The position numbers were made by a program, and so were the translations under genes. Below the pieces are notes generated by a model. It searched no databases. It had not been told where the DNA came from and saw nothing but the letters and a program-made list of their open reading frames with translations. A stretch of DNA of 64,000 nucleotides. Origin: Antedon mediterranea. Taxonomy: Eukaryota > Animalia > Echinodermata. Below, piece after piece: positions 55,101 through 64,000 of this stretch. The DNA lies in NCBI RefSeq assembly GCF_964355755.1, contig NC_092679.1, forward strand, positions 3,068,201-3,132,200, given 5' to 3'. The stretch's first letter is position 1. Every line of letters starts with the position of its first letter.

Positions 55101-58100
55101 GTCGACACTATCAAACTTTATGTGATGTGCCCATATATGGACACAATGATGTCATATCACTACCATATTTGGGGATATCACTACCATATTTGGGCACATC
55201 ACACTTTTTTGTCAAACTGGACAGAGCTTTATGATACTTTCAAGTATGAATATTGTAACTTTAGCAGATTTTTATTGTAAACTTCAACAATACTGATACG
55301 ATTTTAAAAACAAGAAATTGACCTTTAGTTGATGCAAACCAAATCCCCATGCGCCTCCCATACTATTTCCTCACCTCACCCTAATCATTTGTTTGAAATA
55401 TTCCTTGGTCATGGTATATAGGGAAATTGCATCACAATTGAAAAATCAAAGAATAACAAAAGATTTTTTTTGATTTTTTAAGAAATTAGATAAAAAGTTA
55501 AGAGAGAACTTGAGGGACGCCAGAAATAGTTTATTTACAACAGATTCAATGCAATCGGGACAGCTAAGGTAAGTAACTAGTCATTCTATGTCAATTGATT
55601 AGTTTGATGTTCGCTAAAGTGATCATAATACATAGTATAGTCAATAAATTCATTTTTTTCCATTTTATTTTATTTCTATACAACAGACAAAAATAAAAAA
55701 AAAAGTAAAAGAAAACAAGGTTAACTGAATAAACTGAGGATAACCCACAAAAGTTTAATGAAAACTTATTTCCATTGGGTGTCCTCAAATACAAAAAGAA
55801 CACATTGAAAACAATCCTAAGATTAACGTTATTTCTGAAAAAAAAACCCTGTAATTTAAAATTTATCTATAAATATATAAATTTTCTGATTCATTGCGAT
55901 TTTTTAATATTATTTTGTTTGTATAAGTTTTCAGAGGCCCCTTCTTGTGGTATTAGATCGAAACATGGACTTGGCCACGCCCCTCCATCACACCTGGACA
56001 TATCAGGCATTGGCTCATGATGTTTTGGTGAGTATAAAAACAAACTTCATATATCTGTATATGGACATGATGTCATATCACTACCATATTTGGGCATATA
56101 ATAATAATAGGAAGGAATGTCAATGTTATCGACGCAGTTTACAGGCGCGATGTTATTAGCCAAGTTAAGAAAATAATGGAAGATAACTCACACCCATTGA
56201 ATGATCAATATGTTGTTAATAAATCAGGTAGAATTCGTCCTTTAATGTGCAATACCACTCGATGTAGGAAATCATTTGTCCACAACTCTATTCATGTTTC
56301 CAACACTACATTCCAAAGATAGTTTGTTTACTACTGTATATAGTTTTAATGTATTGTATTGATATTTTTAATGTTTTATATATGGTATGTGTTTTTAAGC
56401 ATCAAAGGAAAACCAATTTCATGTTCGCCTTGTTGTGTTCATGACCATAAAGATTTATCTTATCTTATCTTATATCACCTTCATATTAGGCACATAACAC
56501 TTTATTGTCACATTAAGTTTGATAGTGTAGACAGAGCTTAAGCTAATCATGGCCACAAGGATATTTATTATTGTTATTGTATTCTATTTTAGGATTTTCA
56601 ACTAAATAGGGTTGTATTTGAGGAGAAATCACCACAAGATAGTCAGCAGTCAGGTGCTAGACCCAAGCCAAAGGTCAAGTCATATGACCTCGGACCATCG
56701 GACAAATTCTGGATGAATCAAAAAGGAAAGTGAGTACAGATGAAATAAATGTTTATTTTCTGGTATTTCAAGAACTTAAAATACACATAGAAGTAAAGAG
56801 GGATGTTAGCAGGGATTCTTAGAACAAAAATCATTCATTTTTTGATACATGTTGTATGGATGTATCTAAAAAGATTGGGGGGGGGAGGGGCGGACCCCAT
56901 CTGATTCAATGATTTTATATAGCTGAAGGCTAGATGTCAAAGAACAATGTTATCGCAGTTCAAAAAGTGATTCTTCATGGAGAGAGAACCAACAAGATGG
57001 CGGCTGCAATCGACCAATCAGATATACCCTGCGCAGTAAGCACTGCTATATGCCTTTGTTGTGCCTATCTGCGTGAGAACGATACGCAACGCAGTGTGTT
57101 AAGCGTATATCGAGAGCGCATTCTATATGATCCTCGTATACAAAAAATGCTAGGTTATCAAGACATTTTTAATTCCATTGCGATTAACAATATATTTAAT
57201 TTTAAATAAACTTCACTGTACTTTGGCAAGATAATTTATGTGTTCTTAATGTATTATATTACATAGCCTATGTAAATACGTGAACGTGATTGGTTGAAAC
57301 TGCGTCACATGACTACCGCTGCGAGGATCGTAAATCGTATATATCCTCGAGAACGATGGTATTGACTGAGTAATTTTCGCGTAATTATCGTGTCCTCTGT
57401 CATTAATCATATAAATTCTCGAGTTCGATGATATTGACTGTGTAATTTTCGTGTGCACCACTCGCGTTTGCCGATAAATAAACAAAAGTCATCTACTGGA
57501 TCTTGAACTCGGGATGGAATTGTCACTCCATCACAAGACAACGCTTCAACCGCTGCGCCACGGAACTTGATTGAAGAAATTAATCTTTTAAACTATTTAA
57601 GCTATGCATACATAGCGCCCTCATTTGTTATTAGTCCTCCCTAAATGTGATGAAACACTGTTTGTGATTGGTCAAAACTCACGGTAGTAACCTAGTAACT
57701 AGTACGCGCTGAACATCCGGCGATTCGGCTCCTCGAAGAGAAGAAGGCGAATTGTTTATTCGGCCTACCTGATTATAATATTATTATTAGTAGGCTTATT
57801 GATGGAAATTCTTCTGTTAATTTAAACGACCTAGGCCTAAGTGAATATTTTATTGCCAAGGAATCATTAATTAGTAATTATCTGTATATTATTCTTCGTC
57901 AAGGTAAGGTGTCTAGGCAGGCTTGTTTACATACAATACAAATACTATAGGAGGCCTAGCCTAGCTTCACCCAACCCAGCAGACTTGTTCTTGGCTATAT
58001 AATATAACAGATATCGCCTTTTATATCGGTAAAATATAAGATTTGACATCCCCTCGGGAATGATATTAAGTTCTTGGGGAATATATATTTCCCTCAGCTG

Positions 58101-58710
58101 GCGCTTCGGGAAATATATATTCCCTCAAACTTAATATCATTCCCTCGGGGATGTCAAATCTTATATTTAACCTCTAAGCAGTCAATATCTGTATAATATT
58201 AGATTATTATTTTTTATATTAAATAATGTTTTTGAACACAATACGGCCGCCATCTTGTTGATTCCCCCTACTGTTGGAATCACTTTTCAGTCTGGAGTAC
58301 GCCCTCTAGCCTTCAGCTTTACATCACTGATCTGTTTTCACATGTTATAATCCCCCATTTTGGAAACACAAGATGGCCGACAAAAAATTCAAATATAGTG
58401 ATGTATGGTATCATTGGAAAGGCAATTATATGCCGATCAAATAATTGCATTACACATTAATATTTTTTGATTTCATGTTATATGACAGTCTGTCTTTATT
58501 AAAATGTAAGCAATCTACCTGTTTTTTTGTGCTAGGAACTCCTACTATATCTCTCTACTTACATTAAAAGAAGTAAATAAATGAAATAAAATAATGCAAT
58601 ATGAATTGTTTTCTTTCAGTCCATTCCCAGAAGTTGCGGAAGCTGTACAAAGTGAATTAGAATCGTACCGTGCTTCGGAAGAAGAGGTCAAAAGGTTAAA
58701 AAGTGCAATG
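49164..58710 (+). CDS. SCFD1: Sec1 family domain-containing protein 1 (Sly1), 5' part; remaining exons not seen in the window
   Basis: Exons 49164-49191, 51638-51708, 52147-52235, 52671-52761, 53212-53334, 53740-53827, 54848-54993, 55483-55568, 55928-56027, 56593-56729, 58620-58710; motifs [63 protein letters not shown]. Confidence 0.95.
50443..51369. mobile_element. Harbinger-like non-autonomous element with long TIRs
   Basis: TIR cgcccgtattcttaaaccggactttagtcgtagttcga matches at both ends; flanks tta/ata. Confidence 0.85.
52947..53107. mobile_element. MITE family A
   Basis: Family TIRs. Confidence 0.8.
53571..53711. mobile_element. MITE family A with TAA target-site duplication
   Basis: taa|agctttgtcaacactatcaaact ... 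gtagacagagct|taa. Confidence 0.85.
55095..55228. mobile_element. MITE family A
   Basis: Family TIRs. Confidence 0.75.
56101..56473 (+). mobile_element. Rex1/CR1-group LINE 3' end with (TCTTA)n tail, inside a family-A MITE
   Basis: Hand translation of 56101-56332: [20 protein letters not shown]...SGRIR...[11 protein letters not shown]; tail ttatcttatcttatctta; MITE sequence on both sides. Confidence 0.7.
56921..58318. mobile_element. Non-autonomous DNA element containing nested insertions
   Basis: TIR agctgaaggctaga / tctagccttcagct with inverted subterminal aacaagatggcggc / gccgccatcttgtt. Confidence 0.7.
58002..58200. repeat. Palindromic foldback MITE
   Basis: aaatataagatttgacatcccc.cgggaatgatattaagtt...gggaatatatatttccc versus its inverse, with a short loop. 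Confidence 0.85.
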
Positions 58711-58861
58711 GTAGGAATTTAGTGTTACTATTATTAAGGATCGTGTCAAAATTATTATACTGCAGTTACTGCAGTAAAAACCTTTGTTTATTTGTAAACC
58801 TGTTATTTATTTGAAATTATATAGCAAGCTTTTTGTTTGGTAATCATACACACTGTTTATT

Positions 58862-60013
58862 CAGGGCTCGATTTTTGAAATTTTACTACCTAGACCACTG
58901 GGCTTGTTCAATGTGAGTTTCACTAGCCCACTGGATGTTTCACTAGTCCGCTTACTAAATCTTACTGGATAAATACCACACACCTGAATCAAAACTAACT
59001 AAACTACTGTAAGTTCTAGTTAGTTTATAAGTAGTGCCAAAAAGTTTATCATGTAAAGCAATGAGTGAATGCACTAAATTGCTCTCCTTGTACTGTATTT
59101 CAAATAAAATATGACCACCCAACCCCACTATCCTCACACACCAAATTCTAGCACCTACTCATCATGGACTTCGAACTATACTGCGGTAATTTTTTTTATA
59201 GAAATCCGGCCATGGCCTAACTTGACTGGGTGCCATTGGCCAACCAGGCATACTTAACCTCTGGCTAGCTAGGCTACTACTAGCCTACTAACTAGGCCTA
59301 GCTAGGCCTATAATAAATAATATAGGGCTAGGCCTAGAAATTCAAAACAAAAAAGTACCTGTATTTCACAAAGTAATAAAAAAAAATATCAAAAATATCA
59401 TTGCTAAGTATCATTTTAATATTACATCTTAAAAATGTAATTAAGGAAAGGGTATTTGGCTGTGTTTACATACGGCGGTCACACACGCGATGCTGGCTAG
59501 AAGAGCTAGACCAGCTGCAGGGATGGTGAGACTAGAGCACATGTTTTGCCACTAAATTTGGGTAACCAAATTGGTTGATTTTTTCAGAGAAAAAATTGAT
59601 TAAAATTCCAAAGACAGAAGTGAAGCATCTTTCTCTAATTAATAAATATAATAGGCCTACTTCTATTTTTATTAACTATATAATAAAAGAAACCATTTGG
59701 TTGGGTACTTATTCTGGCTTAAGAGACTAGTTGAGGCGTTTATCTGACACCGCACTGGATACACTGTGAGGTGTAATGGAGTAAATTAAGGAGGAACGTG
59801 ATTTTGAAGAGCGCTCTATAAAAATGATGGACTACAAAAAAATTAGGCCAGTGGCTAGAGTATTTTAATAATGCATTTTGAAAGTCTAGGCCTCTAGTCT
59901 CTTGCTTAATTATTTACACACTAGACACCCAGGCTTGACGGGCGGAAGATTGACTAACCCAGAGCAGTTTGAACTAGACATTGTACGCCGGACTAGTGAA
60001 ATATCGAGCCCTG
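58862..60013. mobile_element. P-element-like non-autonomous transposon (~1.15 kb)
   Basis: TIR CAGGGCTCGAT / ATCGAGCCCTG; perfect 7-bp TSD gtttatt (58855-58861, 60014-60020). Confidence 0.8.
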
Positions 60014-60276
60014 GTTTATTGCAAGGACTGTCTCATAAACTTCTACATGGAAATATACAACAATCGTGCATTACTTCAGTCAAAAAATATAGGTACTGCA
60101 ACAGAATATAATATATATATTTTGATCAGGATACCTTATTAAATTATCAAAACTCTTCAAAATCACATTGTGCAAAGGCATGTAAACTTCGAAAGTGTTA
60201 AAAGCGGCATATGAATTAAGTTTAAAAAGAAATATATTTAAATAAAATAATTCAAGCTCAGGTTTAGTGGTGAATA

Positions 60277-62590
60277 CTAAATAAATGACCTGCTATCATT
60301 TCTACCCTTCATCATCATGTTCTTAATTCTAGGGACAAACTTAGTTGGTATTGTTTGTAAATTCTTGCACATTGTCTTAAAATTAAACGACATAATTTGA
60401 CCGTTGCCAAAATCGCATTCCTGAAGCGATCCATCTCGTTTACACGTACTAACATCAGTTGAAAAGTTAGCGTCAAAATGAAGTCTCCGTTCGTATGACA
60501 TTACAGGCACACCATTCATTTTTACCACTTTTTCTTTAACCACACACACGTTATAAAGAAACAGTTTGAGTTTACGAAAGACGGCAAGATCAGATTCAAA
60601 ATTCGGTCCGTACTCTTTTATGTGATCGTGGAAACGTTTTTTAAAATAGTTATAAAGTTTCATGTCGAGGAGATTCCAGTTGCCTATCTTTTGAACGAGA
60701 TCTTCGGACAATGGCACTTTAAAAGTGCGTTTCTTTTTGGGCAAATAGACAATATCATCAAATTTCCAGCACATTACCTTCTTTAATATTATCAACGATT
60801 CATCAAATAGTTCCGTTATCATAACAAGATCGAAATCTTTGTCCAAGTTTTTGATGGATTTATCCACTACAAATGTGTTAACATCAAGCAATGGGTCGAC
60901 TCCCAAATCAAACATTTGTTGGTTATGACAAACAAAAGGTTGTTTGCTGCGTTTGCAGTTTTCGAAAGGATTTCGCATCCATTCTGTTAATTTTCTTGTC
61001 TTATTTCCACCATGGCCGGCGACGCCAAAATAATCAAATGCGGATTCAAACTGTGTTATAGGGTTACGTATTATAGTTACATACATCGGGTTTTTTTTCA
61101 TCAAAGAGTCTAGAATAGTTCTGTTGTACCGGGTATGTATGCTAAACATATTGTACTTATATTTGCTGTAGTCGCCTACACGAACTCCCTTCGGTGGAAC
61201 TAGAACTTTTACCGTATTGTTATTCATAAAATGATCTCCAATAGGTTTTGTTCTTTTTGGTATAAACACTTGTAATTTGTTTAGAAGTGCAAAATTCTGC
61301 ATTATCCACCATATTGTCGATCCACCAGTTTTGTGAGTCTTCAAAAAGACAACAGTTTTCTTTTTTACACAATTCTTTGTTTTATTAATCCATTGACTGT
61401 CATGACTCCTTAAAAATAATATATGAAAATTGTTTAAACAAAATTAAGAAAAAAGAAATGTTGTTCATTTTCTTTTGATGAATTTTTAGCTATACAGCTT
61501 CATGTTTTTTCCACTCTTCAAATGATTTTAAAAAGTTACCTAACATAAGTATAGAGCGTATATGGGGGTGGATGGAGGTCACAGTAAGTTCATTGAACTT
61601 TAAGTCGTGACCCCTGCTTCAGTATAATAATAACATGCTACAGAGTAGACTAAAATATATGTTTAAAAATGAGATATTTACCTTGTTTGTGTTAAATTTT
61701 TTCTGTTTCTAGCAGAAAGTTTGGTTAATGAGAGTTTCCATAATAAATGCATTGATAAAACAGCTAATATCATCGTAATAATGAAAAACCGAAGAACCTG
61801 GGAAAGATTCAAAATCATTAGTAGTTATTTCTTTAGTTAGAATAATTATAATTCTATTGTTTAATTAACATTTTCAATTTTAATAATATGTCTATTTAAA
61901 ATACACAGTTCAGGACTCTTTTAAAAGAAACTTCAAAAACAATATATTGACATTGTAGGGGTGGGGTGAGAAAATTATACAATGAACAAAAAGTATCAAT
62001 AATTTTGATTTTAAGCCCTGTCTACACTATCAAACTAGTTTCATAAAAAAAAGTGTGATGTGCCTAAATATGGTAGTGATATGCTTAAATAGGGTAATAT
62101 CAATAATTTTGATTTTAAGCCCTGTCTACACTACCAAACTAGTTTCACAAAAAAAAGTGTGATGTGCCTAAATATGGTAGTGATATGCTTAAATAGGGTA
62201 ATATCAATAATTTTGATTTTAAGCCCTGTCTACACTATCAAACTAGTTTCACAAAAAAAAGTGTGATTTGCCTAAATATGGTAGCTAGTGATATGCTTAA
62301 ATAGGGTAATATCAATAATTTTGATTTTAAGCCCTGTCTACACAAAAAAAAGTGTGATGTGCCTAAATATGGTAGTGATATGCTTAAATAGGGTAATATC
62401 AATAATTTTGATTTTAAGCCCTGTCTACACTATCAAACTAGTTTCACAAAAAAAAGTGTGATGTGCCAAAATATGGTAGTGGTATGCTTAAATATGGTAT
62501 TGATATGACATCCTCATTGTCTTTGTCACATAAACTTTGATAGTGTAGACAGAGCTTTCCGACTATCCTTACCTTTTTCTTGGTAAACAT
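60277..62590 (-). CDS. GAL3ST: Galactose-3-O-sulfotransferase-like type II membrane protein (~421 aa)
   Basis: Exons 62590-62573, 61797-61682 (TM anchor), 61408-60277; PAPS-binding VFLKTHKTGGST, TIIRNP..QFESAF.YF, FDLG, FDLVMITE.FDESL. Confidence 0.9.
61994..62556. repeat. Five tandem ~90-105-bp units made of flank plus the left half of a family-A MITE
   Basis: tatcaataattttgattttaagccctgtctacac...gtagtgatatgcttaaatagggtaa x5, ending in one right TIR. Confidence 0.9.
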
Positions 62591-64000
62591 GGTTCACTGA
62601 AAGAATGATGAAGTTCAATGAATAACAGTATACAATATAATGTACAAAATACTGGTTCAAAAGTGGAGTATAATTTAATACTCACTGATTAGACTGGACG
62701 CCCAGAGAGTTTAATCTAAGCCACAAAAGGTTTGATGGTCTGGTCATATTCAATAATCAATAGGTGATGGCAGATTCTGTATATTTAGCCTTGGGACAAC
62801 AAATGGGAGAGGTAATGTGAAGGCTACACATATGTAGATTGAACTCTGAATTAAATTTATTGGTGTACATTACACAGTGACCAAACAGATATACAATACA
62901 GTTGTGTTGGAGTGAATACAATACAGTTGTGTTCGAGTGGGGATGACTCTTTGTATACTGGTTCACTCCAAAGCAAACAACAACTGTTACCAAGTTATTT
63001 GATTGCTAAATAATGACATGTGTCCTACTTGTGATGAGTAAATAGTCAACTTGTCTCTAGTGTAAAATAATATACATCATTTATTAAAAAAAAAAATACA
63101 TAAGAATGTAACAAACATCCTTAAGGTCACAGCTTGGAGGACCAAACATATGCAGAGGAAAACAAGACAAACAAATACAAAAGACTTAAAATAAGAAGGT
63201 AAATAATAGTATAAAACACATCCAAAAGGCATACAATTCAGGTTGTTATAAAAAAAAATGACATTATTAATTCGGGAAAAATTTTTTTATGTCGGTTTAA
63301 AGCGGGCATTTCATATGTTAAGTAATTAGTGAACCTTAAGTTTGTTAACTATTCTAGTTTTACAGACCTTTAAAAATTAAGAATAAAAAAAAATTATTTT
63401 ACAGTTTGTGGCATTCTCAAGCGAAATCAGACATAACTAGGAGTTCTTAAAATTCTGATTTTCACAAATATTGAAACTACATAATCCAAGATTTAAAATA
63501 CTGAAAAAAATAGCTTACCATATGCCCTACTTCCAGAGATCAAAGTCTAAATGTTTGGTTGTTACAATGAGTGTTCTAAGAAAAATGCAGGTATAGAAAG
63601 TGTTCTGGAAATGACAAGTACAGTACAAAAAAAGGTGTTTACGCCTTAGCAAAGGGGTATTCTAATTGTTGTATTTCAATAAAACTTTGCACCTTAATTC
63701 ATTAACTATTGTTCTATTATTATGCAAAATTGTTATGCAAAACAACCCATTGACACCTTCAATTTAAACAACAGGTAACACCAAATTTGTAAAATTCCTT
63801 AATTTATTTGTCTCAAAATAGAAAAACACCAAGGTAATGTAAATAAATACGGTTTCAACTATCATCTTCTGAAAAAAAATGTGTTTTTTTATAATTTTTC
63901 AGCCTTTTTTCACATTTATACTTAAAGATGTATTGTCCCTCTAATTTTTTTTTATGAATATGCAATTTTAATGTTACATAATAGTTATTCACTTTCACAA

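Noticed and set aside
62757-62993. 78-aa minus-strand ORF upstream of the sulfotransferase
   Set aside because: Non-ATG start, no motifs, and no supporting splice structure identified

Overview
AT-rich, intron-dense animal genomic DNA; a marine invertebrate, plausibly an echinoderm, is inferred from composition and repeat content only. Reading GT-AG exons by hand supports these spliced genes: the 5' part of a TMEM87-like gene (-), MKKS/BBS6 (+), an arylsulfatase A-like gene (+), an orphan coiled-coil gene (+), two TMEM45-like genes with intronless CDSs (-), BBS1 (+), a truncated STIP1/Hop paralog with a long acidic tail (-), BCKDHA (+), APMAP (-), the 5' half of SCFD1/Sly1 (+), and a galactose-3-O-sulfotransferase (-) apparently nested in an SCFD1 intron. 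The most striking signal is the MKKS 5' leader. Two separate upstream exons each carry a complete transmembrane microprotein ORF (54 aa and 61 aa) resembling human uMKKS1 and uMKKS2, which suggests an ancient three-ORF transcript. Introns are packed with non-autonomous DNA transposons (Harbinger-, Kolobok-, P- and Merlin-like termini), SINEs, LINE 3' fragments and a Penelope remnant with a minimal hammerhead ribozyme. All homology calls come from motif recognition, not from database searches.
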